A stretch of 32,575 bases of DNA from Chiloscyllium plagiosum (lineage: Eukaryota). The notes below the pieces were generated by a model that worked only from the letters and a program-made list of their open reading frames with translations, was not told where the DNA came from and made no database searches. The stretch spans positions 14,790,258-14,822,832 of the forward strand of contig NC_057753.1 of the NCBI RefSeq assembly GCF_004010195.1, read 5' to 3'. A program made the position numbers and the translations under genes. Position 1 is the first letter of the stretch. Each line of letters begins with the position of its first letter. Shown piece after piece: positions 21,887-32,575 of the stretch.

Positions 21887-22506
21887 CAAAAGACATCATG
21901 ACCTCTCCCTCAGATAGGTCTCCCAAACAGGAGACCCCCTCCAGCCTCACGTACCTTAAAGCCGGAATGCATCCATCCATCCCGGCCGGAATCCCGGTGT
22001 TCCTACTGACGCGGGGTGAGCGGGGAGCTCTGACGCAGATTATTACCCTTGCGTCATTTCTCCGCGCTTTGACCGTGTTCACAGCAGTTGGATTTTTTAC
22101 AAGCACTCCGCGACAGTTCTCATCCTGTCCGCGAATGCGCAAACCAAGACAGGGAACGTTTTGCCCGGGGAAGTCTCAACCTTGTGCCGTAATCGACCTC
22201 GGATCCTGCCGAGCCCAGTCCCTCACACGAGGCAATAAAGAACTTATTCGATACCTTTTGAAGTCTGGGAGGTCGACCCATCGCCCATTCCCTGCGGAAG
22301 CTGCAGCTGAGCAAACTTATTAAGAGGGGTGCCAAGCCAACCAGGAAGTCTCCCCAGCGCCTGCCGAGGTAGCACCAGAGGGAGCATTCGCATGGGCTAT
22401 AGTCGGCGATGAAGAGCGTCCATTTTGATCAGAGCTATTTGACCCAACCAGGATGTCGGTAGCCCCTCCTAATGCCGGAGGTCTTGTCTTACCTTCTCAA
22501 ACCAAG

Positions 22507-23089
22507 TCCATTGAGTACAGGAGTTGAGAAGTCATGTCGCAGCTGTACAGGACATCGGTTTTGGAATATCGCGTGCAATTCTAGTCTCTTCCCCGCTAAA
22601 GCAAGGGTGTTGTGAAAAGGGTTCAGAAAAGATTTACAAGGATGTTGGAGGGTTTGAGCTGTATGGGAGAGGTTGGGTCTGTTTCCCCTGGAGCGTCAGA
22701 GGCTGAGGGGGTGACCTTGTAGAGGTTTATAAAATCATGAGGAGACATGGACAGGGTAAATAGACAAAGTCTTTTCCCCCTGGGGTGAGGGAGTCCAGAA
22801 CTAGAGGGGCATAGGTTTAGAGTGAGAGGGGAAAGATATAAAAGGGAGCTGAGGGGTAACTTTTTCACCCAGAGGGTGGTACGTGTATGGAATGAGCTGC
22901 CAGAGGAAGTGGTGGAGGCTGGTACAATGACATAATTTAAAAGGCATCAGGATGGGGACAGGGATAGGAAGGGTTTAGAGCGATATGGGCCAAGTGCTGG
23001 CAAACGGGACTAGATTGGGTTGGGATATCTGGGTCGGCATGGATGAGTTGGACTGAAGGGTCTATTTCCGTGCAGTACGTCTCTATGAC
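22507..23089 (+). mobile_element. HER1/CR1 LINE 3' fragment nested in L1
   Basis: Well-preserved CR1 3' ORF2 and tail ggactgaagggtctatttccgtgcagtacgtctctatgac; inverse copy at 27862-28520. Confidence 0.9.
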
Positions 23090-26000
23090 CCCAAGACTCT
23101 AATTGTACAATTGGTGAAAGGCTAGGGTAATGAAAATACCCAAATATAGGAAACCTCCCTGGGACCAGCTAAAGGAAATCGAGTCCCATCTTCCAGATCA
23201 GGTACTCCCACAATACCCTCCTCCCCTTCCCCCCACGGGCGTGGCCTCTGATTTCCTAAAATCAATCTTACACCCCGAAAAAGTGCCAAATAAATCAATA
23301 TTTTGTGTTAAACGGGGCACAGACGTTGCTGGGTTAGCCGGAAAGAGAAGAACATCATCTGCAATAGAGAGTGATTTTATGCTGTCCCATTCCCACTGCT
23401 GGGGCAGCTATTCTGGGGTCCTTCCGGATACTCTCAGCCAATGGCTCGATCAATAAAGTGAACGGCTGTGGCAAAAGGGGGCACCCTTGTCGGCTGCCTC
23501 TACCAATACTAAAATTGGCTGACTTTCTGCCATTTGTGAGAACCGCTGTCATGGGATTGCCGTACAACACTCACACACCCACCTGGCGAAGACCAAACCC
23601 CCCCCCCCCAAAAAAAACCTAACCGTTCCAAGACATTAAAGAGGTACGGCCATTCCACCCGACCGAACGCTTTTTCCATTTCGAGGGAGACTACCAAGCC
23701 CGGGATCGACCCTTGCTGGCACACCCGGACCATATTCAACACTCTCTCTGGTGTTGTCAGACCCTTACTGAAACCTGTCTGGCCCTCCGTTGTAACAGAG
23801 GGCAGTAACTTCTCCAGCCTCAGCGCTAACGTTTTAGACAGAATTTTGAAATCCGCATTTAGCGGTGAGGTGGCCCTGTACAAGGCGCAGTGCTCAGGAT
23901 CTTTCCCTCCCTTAAGAATAAGGGAAATATTAGCTTCCCTGAGAGGCAGTCCGGACTGTACGTATGGTTACACATGCCCCGACATTGGCTTGGCCTGCAG
24001 GTCTATAAACTCCTTATAAAACACGCTCAGGAGTCTGTCTGGGCCAGGCACTTCGGAGCTGCCTTGCCACCTCTTGTATCCCTTGTGTTGTCAGAGGGGT
24101 TTTCAAAAGGGAGTCCTGCTCCAAAGTTATACCTGAAAGATCCAGGTGCTCATAAACAAGGACTCCATCCTCACCACCTCACCCTCACAGCCCTCCAGCC
24201 GGTATACCTCTGCATTGAATGTCCTAAAAGCTGCGTTGATCTTTTTTCGGACTCACCAGTGGGAGTACCAGTACCCTCCCTAATGGACCTGAGGAACGCT
24301 CTTCCTCCTGGCCAGATATGCCAAGTATCTACCTGGCTTATCATTGTACTCAAATAGTCTTTGCTTCGTGAAGGAGACCTCTCTCTCTTCACTGCCTGGG
24401 TGAGCACAGAGTTCAGAGCAGCCCGGAGAGCCATAATCCGCTGTAACTCAGTCACAGATGGGCTGTCCAAATATGCCGCCTCAGCTGCCTCCAACCGGGC
24501 CTCAAGTGTACGCCGTGGCTCTCCCCTCTGCCCTGTCCGGGCCGCTGAGTATGAGATAATTATATCCCTCAAACAGGCCTTGGCAGTCTCCCAGAGCGCC
24601 GATGGGTCACCCTGGCCGTGCCCGAATTAATATCCCAGAAAGCCCGAAACTCCCTTGGGAAATACTCGACGAGATTACTGTCTTCCAAGAGAAAAGGATC
24701 CATGCCACGTGTCTGTTCCATTAGCCCTGATTGTGACCTCCGAATACACCGCCACATGGTCCAAGATGGCTCCATCCCCGATCCTACAGGATAGTACCGA
24801 ATCCGAAGAGATGGGTGGAGCGAAGAGCATCTTGAACCTTGTGTGGCACTCATGTGGGTCGAAGGAGAAAGTAAAAACCCCTTCCCTCAGGGTGAAGAAA
24901 CGTCCACCAGCCCCAACTCCCCGCAACTGTTCGGATTGCGGGGAGATGCCCGAGAGGTCCCTCGGCATCCTGCCCACCTCGGGATCCATAAGACGGTTGG
25001 AGTCTCCCCCCTATAATCGTATGGCGCACCCAGAGAGCCACCAGCCTGGGAAGTGCATCTGTTAAACAGGGGGGGCGGGGGGGGGGGACAAGTAGACATT
25101 CAAAATGCCGTACCCCTCCCCGCTTTGAGGATGACAAACCGGCCACGTTAGTCCTTAATTTGGTCTTATCAACTGGAATGGGAGATTCTTCCTTATTAGT
25201 AAAGCCACACCTCTGCTTTTGGAACTGTAAGACAATAGGAACACCCGGCCGAACTTCCCCCTGCTGTAACTTTACCGTGTAAGTGCGTTCCTTGTAGCAG
25301 AGCGCCATTGGCCCTCTCCTTGCTGAGAGTCAAGGGCTCTGTCGTTCTCTTAACTGGCGAGGGACTTCCCTCTATGTTCCGGGTGCACCGTCGAAACAAA
25401 CAACGAGCCATAACCATCCAGAGCGGCCCGGGGAGCGGCCCGGGGACCCCCCGCACCCCACCGAGAGGAAAAGCCCCATTCATAATGAGACAAGAAAAGA
25501 CTCATAAAAGCCACACACAAAAAAAAACAACCACACACAACCAAAACAACAACTCTTAATAGCTACTCCTAAGATAAACAAAAGCCAATTAACTGGAGAC
25601 CGTAGGGGGCCACTCACTAACACCTCTGTGGCTCCTCCCAGCTGAAGTCGCGCCCCAAACCCAGGCGAAGGAAACGTATGTCTCCTACACGACGGAAATT
25701 AAAAGTGGGCATCCAACCCATCCCACCCGCACGTCGATCCCACTTGTTAGCAATAAAAGACATGACCACCCCAGACCAAAAGAAAAACCAAAGGGGGGGG
25801 GTAACAGGGACGAACAAAAATAACAAGGGAGAGAAGGGAACATAACGTCCCCACACATTACAGGAACAAAGCCAGCGCAGACAAAGTAAACAACAGAGTG
25901 AACAAAGAAGACACTTGTCCATTGTATTTGATCCCACCCAGTCTATTTTAAAGCATCCAGGAAATCCTTCTCTACTGAAGCAAAATTATACATGGACCCT

Positions 26001-26584
26001 CCAGGGCTCTGAAGTGTAACTGGGTGCCTGGCAGAGTTTTGAACGTTCAAGCCTCTCAGCCTCTTCCTTACTCCAACCAGAGGTTTCCCTCTTCCTCATC
26101 ACAGCCCCAGAGAAGTCCCGGATTAAAAAAAAAAGGCATGATTTTCCACCCCTTGTACGTCAGGGCCTGTGGGTCTTTCCCCGAAGCTCCGGAAGCTTCC
26201 GTAACCATTTTTGTTTTGTCTCCGTAACGTTGAGATGTTGGATCTCCTGCTCGTGCTTTTGTAGCAGTCTTGGTCCGGGACCCCTCCGGTGCCGATTCAA
26301 TCTCCTCTCGGAGTTTGACGAACTCCGACACCAAACTGTGCTGCTTAGGTAAGTTCAAAGGCGGGAGTCAGCACCGGGGCAGGGGGTGGGGGGAGGGGTG
26401 CGGTCCCCACGGCCCCTTCCCTTTAGTCATCTTCCCTGAACGTTAAAAGCGATATTTAAAGATTCTGGGGGCTTTACAATGCTGATTTTTACGAAAACGG
26501 CTTCGTCAGGGGAGGGTGAAAGCGCGCACGTTGCCTGGATTGTGGTGCGGAGCTCAGCAAGGCAGGCCCGCCACCTTGAATCCC

Positions 26585-26930
26585 TGTGTGAGTCTATGTC
26601 AGTGAGTGTGAGAGAGTGTGTGTGTGTGTGTGTGAGTGAGAGAGGGTGTGTGTGTGTGTGAGAGAGAGAGAGTGTGTGTGGAGTGCGTGTTTGTGTGTGC
26701 GTGCATGCACGATTGACAGGGTGTCTATGGGTGTGCATGTGTGGTCGCCATGGTCGGGGAGGACCGAAGGTCTGTTTCCATGCTGTACATCTCTATGACT
26801 CTATGAGTCAATGTGAGTTACTGAGTCTCAGTAACTGCTGTGTGTGACTGAGCACACGGTGAGTGCATACAAGTGTGTGTTTAAGTACACGTCTGTGTAT
26901 GTGTACATGTGTGACTGTGTGTCTGTCATT
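26585..26930. repeat. (GT)/(GA) microsatellites flanking a CR1 3'-tail remnant (26747-26806)
   Basis: gtgtgtgt/gagagaga runs; ggaccgaaggtctgtttccatgctgtacatctctatgactctatga. Confidence 0.8.
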
Positions 26931-27584
26931 GCGACTCTGACAAGGAGAGTGTGCTGTTAATGAAGATGCACTAATCCACCAGCCATACCAAACGTGTGGA
27001 TGTTTTACTTAATCACGAAAACGGTCAATTTGTTTCTCTTTAATGCCATTAACTGGAATGAAAGACTCGCCAGGCTTTTCATTCAACTCGAAGAGAACAT
27101 GTCTATTACAGGCAAACGCAAACTTCAAACTAACAGAAAACTGGCTATCAACGACACTACAATGTGAATTAAACTCTCATCACTATTAATTTTCAACACA
27201 AGTTCATTCACACAGGGCTAAAGACACACAGAAGTCTGCAGAGCTATTAAGGTAGGGGAGGAATAAAAGCAAGAACATTTATTACCTCAGTTCAGAGGCT
27301 GTTACTAGGTCATGGTAACATAGATCCATCCTGGATTCCACAACAAAACTCCACCTTTACCGCTCTCTGTAAAATCATTGCTGGGTACTGTTTTTCAAAG
27401 TCACTTTATATTTAGTATTGACCAAAGTCTGCTTTTAAACTTTTCACTTTCCAGTTCCAAGTAATCACCATGATACATGCCATAATATCCAAAAAAGTCC
27501 ATTAACTATTTCTCATAATCCATAAATATATAAGTCCCCAATGGTGTATCTACGCGTACGTCTGTATGTATGTATGTGTGTTTC

Positions 27585-27850
27585 AGGGCATCCCCACAGG
27601 AGTCCCTCAGGGTAGTGTCCTTGGCCCAACCATCTTCAGCTGCTTCATCAATGACCTCCCCTCAGTCACAAGGTCAGAAGTGGAGGATATTCACCATCGA
27701 ATGCACAACACCATCCACGACTCTTCAGACACTGAGGCGGTCCGTGTTCAAAAGCAGCAAGACCTGGGTCACACAAATTAGTTGTACCGCACAAATGTGC
27801 AACAATGACCATCTCCGAAGAGACAATCTAACCAACGCCCCTTGACATTT
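27585..27850 (+). mobile_element. L2/CR1-group LINE RT fragment
   Basis: GVPQGSVLGPTIFSCFINDLPSV; same family as 10325-11830. Confidence 0.85.
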
Positions 27851-27861
27851 ATACTGTTGAA

Positions 27862-28670
27862 CAGCACGGAAACACACCCTTCGGTCCAACTCATCTGCAC
27901 CGACCAGACATCCCAATTTGACCTAGTCCCACCTGCCAGCACCCGGCCCATATCCCTCCAAACCCTTCCTATTCATGTCCCCATCCGGATGCCTTTTAAT
28001 GTTGTAACTGTACCAGCCTCCACCACTTCCTCTGGCAGCTCATTCCATACACGTACCACCCTCTGCGTGAAAAAGTTGCCCCTTAGGTCTCTTTTATATC
28101 TTTCCCCTCCCACCCTAAACCTATGCCCCTATAGTTCTGGATTCCTGCACCCCAGGGAAGAGACTTTGTCTATTTACCCTAACCGTGCCCCCTCATGATT
28201 TTATAAACCTCTATAAGGTCACCCCCCTGCCTCCGACGCTCCGGGGAAAACAGCCCCAGCCTGTTCAGCATCTCCCTATAGCTCAAATCCTCCAACCCTG
28301 GCAACATCCTTGTAAATCTTTTGTGAACCCTTTCACAACATCTTTCCGATAGGAAGGAGACCAGAACTGCACGCAGTATTCCAACAGTGGCCCTAACCAA
28401 TGTCCTGTACAGCCGCAACATGACCTCCCAACTCCTGTACTCAATACTCTGTCCAATAAAGGAAAGTATACCAAACGCCTCCTTCACTCTCCTATCGACC
28501 TGCGACTCCACTTTCAAGGAGTCGGCACGGTGGCACAGTGGTTAGCACTGCTGCCTCACAGCACCAGGGACCTGGGTTCAATTCCCGCCTCAGGCGACTG
28601 TCTGTGTGGAGTTTGCACGTTCTCCCCGTGGACCTTACCATTAAGTGTATACGTCCTGCTAAGTTTTGCT
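27862..28670 (-). mobile_element. HER1/CR1 LINE 3' part, interrupted by a SINE head
   Basis: MKVESQVDRRVKEAFGILSFIGQSIEYRSWEVMLRLYRTLVR...RMLPGLEDLSYREMLNRLGLFS. Confidence 0.92.
28523..28631 (+). mobile_element. 3'-truncated HE1-type V-SINE
   Basis: A box TGGCACAGTGG 28531-28541, B box GTTCAATTCC 28576-28585, start of V-domain. Confidence 0.9.
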
Positions 28671-28774
28671 TTCCCAAAATGCAGCACCTCGCAATTCGAT
28701 GACGGGGCCTACACAGTCCAGTGGGAGCCTGCCGTCCACCTTTGCCAAGAACAGCCAAGCCCCCAACCGCCGTA

Positions 28775-29095
28775 ACAAGATGGCGGCAGCGTGGGATTCC
28801 TGAGCCAAAGTTTGTCCGTTTCTTTTCTCCCTCTCTTCTCGTGATCCTTTCTCTTTGTACTTCCCGTCCTCAGGCAGCATTAACAATGTTGGCGGTAAAT
28901 GGCAGCGTCAAACTCCAGGCCTCAGCGTGGACCCGTACTCCCGGCCTCGGTACGGACCCGTACTCTTTTCCCTTAAGAATTTGTTTTTACAAATCTGTCC
29001 GAGTGCCTTAGTCCCTGGGATGGCACGGTAACTGGCGACTTGTAAACTTTTCACTGCACCCATGTGAGTAAATGTGACCATGAGCCTAATTCTGA
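28775..29095 (+). mobile_element. Possible short non-autonomous retroposon with Rex1-like tail
   Basis: Starts aagatggcggc; ends aaacttttcactgcacccatgtgagtaaatgtgacca, resembling a Rex1/Babar-type 3' tail (from memory). Confidence 0.4.
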
Positions 29096-29379
29096 TGTTC
29101 CAATACCATCACCTCTCATCTCCCTAAACACCAACGGGTACAGGCCCCACACTACCCAAATATTCTTTCTCAAACCATCCTCTAGGAATGAATCAAATGT
29201 CCCTCCTCTAACACAATCATGTCTGTTTACAAACAGGAAGACCTGGGCCTGACAACCAGAAACAGTTTGACAGTCCCTGGGGCGCGCCGGGTTTACGCTT
29301 TATTTTTCCTTTTTATTTGTGGGATGCGGGAGTCTACGGCACAGAAAAACGCCCACCGGGTCTGCACGATTCAAGGACT

Positions 29380-29640
29380 ATCCGAACCCCCATTTTCCAG
29401 CACCTAACCCGCGCTCTTGGCATTGCAAGTGCACATCCAAATCCCTCTTTCGACGTGTTGAGGGTTTCGGTCTCTCCCACCTTTACAGGCAGTGAATCTG
29501 AGATCCCCCCACCACCCTCTGGGTGAAAACGTCTTTCCCCACACAGTGTGTGAATCTCCTGTCCCCTGACCTTAAAACTGTACACCCCCGCCATCCCCGG
29601 TCATCCACCAGCAAGGGGGAAAGTTTCTTCCTGACTACCT
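29380..29640 (-). mobile_element. CR1 LINE 3' fragment
   Basis: Minus translation VYSFKVRG...RFHPEGGG...LPVKVGETETLNTSK. Confidence 0.65.
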
Positions 29641-29866
29641 GATAACATTATCCCCCTCTCACCCATCGCCCCAATTACTGTACACACACCATCTCCCCGA
29701 TAACCTTACACAGCCCCTAACCCCAATAACCTTTCACCCCCGACCACCCCAATAAACCTTCACCCCATCACCGCCCTGATAACCTTTCACCCCCACCACC
29801 CCATCACTGCCCCGATAACTTTACACACTCCCCTCTCGATAACCTTTCACCCCCACCACCCAAATA

Positions 29867-29907
29867 NNNNNNNNNNNNNNNNNNNNNNNNNNNNNNNNNN
29901 NNNNNNN
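29867..29907. other. Assembly gap (N run)
   Basis: 41 N. Confidence 1.
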
Positions 29908-30207
29908 CGACCACTAGGACTCATAACAGCACACAAACCAACAGCCACGCTCAGACAACAACTCACCAGGACAAAGGACCCGATACCCAGCATGAGCAAA
30001 ACCAACGTAGTATACAAAATCCCATGCAAGGACTGCACAAAACACTACACAGGACAAACAGGAAGACAGCTAACGATCCGTATCCATGAACACCAACTAG
30101 CCACGAAATGACACGACCAGCTTAGTAGCCACACACGCAGACGACAAGCAACATGAGTTTGACTGGGGCAACACTACTATTATAGGACAAGCCAAACAGA
30201 GAACAGC

Positions 30208-30287
30208 GCTGAAAATGTGTTGCTGGAAAAGCGCAGTAGGTCAGGCAGCATCCAGGGAACAGGAGAATCGACGTTTCAGGAATGAAG
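30208..30287 (-). mobile_element. 80-bp Penelope-derived insertion inside the Penelope ORF
   Basis: Perfect 14-bp TSD aaacagagaacagc at 30194-30207 and 30288-30301. Confidence 0.85.
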
Positions 30288-30480
30288 AAACAGAGAACAG
30301 CCAGGGAATTCCTAGAGGCATGGCATTCATCCACTGATTCAATCAACAAGCACATCGACCTGGACCCAATATACCGGCCACTGCAGCGGACAGCTGGAAC
30401 TGACACCCGGAAGCGGCAGAGACAAACCACTATAAATGCCGGAGGAAAGATCACAGAAGCGCTTCACAGGAGGCTCCCAA

Positions 30481-30520
30481 GCACCGAGGATGTCACCTAG
30501 ACAGGGGACGAAACGTCTGC
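30481..30520 (+). ncRNA. Minimal type-I hammerhead ribozyme motif (U4C variant) in Penelope pLTR
   Basis: GCA-CCGAGGA-T-GTCacctagacagggGAC-GAAAC-GTC-TGC: stem I gca/tgc, stem II gtc/gac, palindromic ACGT stem III, GUC cleavage triplet ending at 30517. Confidence 0.7.
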
Positions 30521-31049
30521 AACACAAATTCCCAGTTCGGCGAACAGAACCACAACAATCTTTCACCTCATTGTTGCCCCAATAACCTTTCACCCCATCA
30601 CCACCCTGATAACCTTTCACCCCATTGTTTCCCCGATAACCTTTCACCCCATCACCATCCTGATAACCTTTCACCCCATTGTTTCCCCGATAACCTTTCA
30701 CCCCATCACCGTCCTGATAACCTTTCACCCCATTGTTTCCCCGATAACCTTTCGCCCCATCACCGTCCTGATAACCTTTCACCCCATTGTTTCCCCGATA
30801 ACCTTTCGCCCCATCACCGTCCTGATAACCTTTCACCTCATTGTTGCCCCAATAACCTTTCACCCCATCACCGTCCTAATAACTTTTCACCCCCTGCTGC
30901 CCTGATAACCTTTCACCCCATCACCGCCCTGATAACCTTTCACCTCCCCACCTTTCACCCCAATAGCCTTTCCCTAACAGATCCGATAACCTTTGAACCC
31001 CCATAACCTTTCACCCCTTTGCTTATCCAGGACATCTTGAAGTGTGCAA

Positions 31050-32575
31050 CTGGGGGCGGGTCCTGTGGGGGGTAGGTTGCGAGGGTCGGCCAATGGTAGG
31101 CACTCCCCGTTAACGGACAGAGGCGGTATCCAATAGGGGTCCAGATAGCGGCACTTCTTAGTTGATAGACAGTGGTGTCCACCAATTGGGTGCGGGCGGA
31201 CTTTGACGAACGGGGATGTTGTCCAATGAGACGACGCGACAGTCCGTGCCTCGGGCGGACCGGTCGCCAATGGTCGTCGACGGGAGGTGGTGCTATCCAA
31301 TGGGCGCGAGAGCCTGGGGCACAAATGTGGACGTAAGTGACGTGTCCAATAAATGGGGGCGTTCCCGTCAGGGGCGGGGTTCAGGGTTGACGGACGGGCT
31401 AATCATCCAATGGGACGCCGGGGACAGGACCTCACTGACGGTCGGTGAGCCGTTAGTCCAATAGGGTGACGGAACGAAAGTCGAGCGGCTGACTGATGGG
31501 CAGTTAGCCCAATGGGATGAGGGGAAGGCGGGACCCCACTGACGACCGGTGAAGCATTCGCCCAATAGGGTGACGGGAGGCGGGCCCTGACTGTAACCGA
31601 CGGCCGTTTAGCTCAATGAGGTGACGGTAAGTGGGACCCGATGGTGGTAGGTGTGCAATGAGCGCGATAGGACACGGAGAGGCGGGACCTGACTGTGACC
31701 GTCGGGCCAATGGAATGTGGGGAGGCGGGACCGCACTGCGACCGACGGCCCATTCGCCCAATAAGGCGGCTGGTAGGGGGCACCCGCCTGTGACCGTCCG
31801 CCCTTTTACCCAATGGGGCTGTGTGAAGGCGGGACCAGACTGTGACCGACGGCCCTTTAGCCCAATGGGGTGACGAGGAGCGGCGGCGTAAGGGGGGACG
31901 GGTCCCATTGTGACCAAAAGAGCGACCGGGAAGGGGCGGGACGAGACTGTGACCGACGTCCCTTTCGCCCAATGGGGTGACGGGAGCGACGGCGACCTCA
32001 CAGTGAGCGTTGGCCCTTTCGCCCGATGGGGCGCTGCTGGAAAGGGCGGGGAACCCGACTGTGACCGACGGCCGTCTGGTCCAATAGGATGTGTCGAAGC
32101 TTCCCCCCCCCGCCCCACATCTTTGTGACCAACGAGGCGCGCGTGGCAAGGGGCGGGGAACCCGACTGTGACCGACGGGCCGTGGTGTGGCCCAATAGGA
32201 TGTGAGGGGAGCGCGTCCCTCCCCCTCATCCTGACCAATGGGACGCGCGCGGGAAGGGGCGGGGAGACCCGACTGTGACCGACGGCCATTTGGCCCAATC
32301 GGGGGCCTGGGGCGTCAGGCAGCTCGCCCCCCCCCCCCTTTTTGTTTTGTTCCCAACCCACCGGACGGCCCAATGGGGCGTCGGCCCCACCCCTGACGTA
32401 CCCCTGGTTGGGGCGGGCGTTGGGGGCTCGCCTACCCAATGGCGTACGGCGTGCGTGGCGGAAGTCCCTCCCACCCTTCCTCCTTCCTCCCTCCCTCTCT
32501 CTCCCTCTCTCTCTCTCGGTGGCCGCCATTTTGTGTCTGGTCCCGTGTCCGCGGCAGGAGAGCGCGCCTTTCTGT
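31050..32575 (+). promoter_or_regulatory. CpG-island promoter built on a CCAAT/GC-box tandem array; probable TSS near 32470-32520 of an unidentified plus-strand gene
   Basis: 22 plus-strand CCAAT; repeated GGCGGG; ETS CGGAAGT 32459-32465; pyrimidine tract 32466-32517; YY1 motif CCGCCATTTT 32523-32532. Confidence 0.8.

Larger units (their letters stand above)
20604..26578 (-). mobile_element. Near full-length degenerate L1-clade LINE (ORF1 partly deleted, ORF2 EN-RT-CCHC)
   Basis: EN-like CTRNIEGSPSPVKR / LLQGTHL / IIGG (~25000-25400); RT YRATSPLNADFKILSKTLALRL, VSLEMEKAFGRVEWPYL, GSRQGCPLLP (23355-23883); zinc knuckle CPECKTDIGTLTPCLWAC (~21300); ORF1 C-terminal LTYKGWKIMPFF (~26140); minus AATAAA at 20621-20626 with A-rich tail. 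Confidence 0.9.
29908..30558 (+). mobile_element. Penelope-like element 3' end: GIY-YIG endonuclease remnant + pLTR
   Basis: Frame from 29908: ...TKDPIPSMSKTNVVYKIPCKDCTKHYTGQTGRQLTIRIHEH (GIY-YIG VVY...YTG, R-xx-EH), premature TGA ~30108, then EFLEAWHS...INKH. Confidence 0.92.
29640..31025. repeat. 27-bp (54-bp higher-order) tandem repeat, split by a Penelope insertion
   Basis: Alternating ataacctttcaccccatcaccgtcctg / ataacctttcaccccattgtttccccg at 30580-30950; degenerate copies at 29640-29866. Confidence 0.92.

Noticed and set aside
30339..30863. 174-aa ORF with KGYQDGDGVKGYRGNNGV repeats
   Set aside because: An in-frame translation of the 27/54-bp repeat running into antisense Penelope sequence.
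31504..32529. 341-aa minus ORF MAATERERG...
   Set aside because: The ATG is the reverse of the YY1 motif; the ORF crosses a (CT)n tract and the GC-rich promoter repeat, and HPIG/HW recurrences just mirror CCAAT.

Overview
Eukaryotic, repeat-dense genomic DNA with three N gaps (15191-15690, 16136-16573, 29867-29907). The repeat content (HE1-type V-SINEs, HER1/CR1 LINEs, a SacSINE1/DeuSINE-like SINE, L2-like LINEs, Penelope-like elements, a Gypsy LTR element and an L1) points to a cartilaginous fish, most likely a shark; this is inference from memory of these families, not a database result. No intact protein-coding gene is visible, and most listed ORFs are TE debris or repeat artefacts. Host-gene signals are limited to three: a CpG-island, CCAAT-rich, apparently bidirectional promoter at about 3300-5230 with divergent candidate first-exon donors; a candidate plus-strand terminal coding exon at 18226-18323; and a second CpG-island promoter at about 31050-32575. 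The most notable observations are (i) a ~52-bp phased tandem array of CCAAT + GC-box modules (22 same-strand CCAAT) forming the right-hand promoter, (ii) a minimal hammerhead-ribozyme motif in a Penelope 3' end plus a dispersed family of tiny Penelope-derived insertions, three of them flanked by target-site duplications (TSDs) and most carrying hammerhead remnants (one a 43-bp hairpin), and (iii) minisatellites born from sub-motifs of a V-SINE and a CR1 LINE. I found no evidence of a novel multi-gene system.
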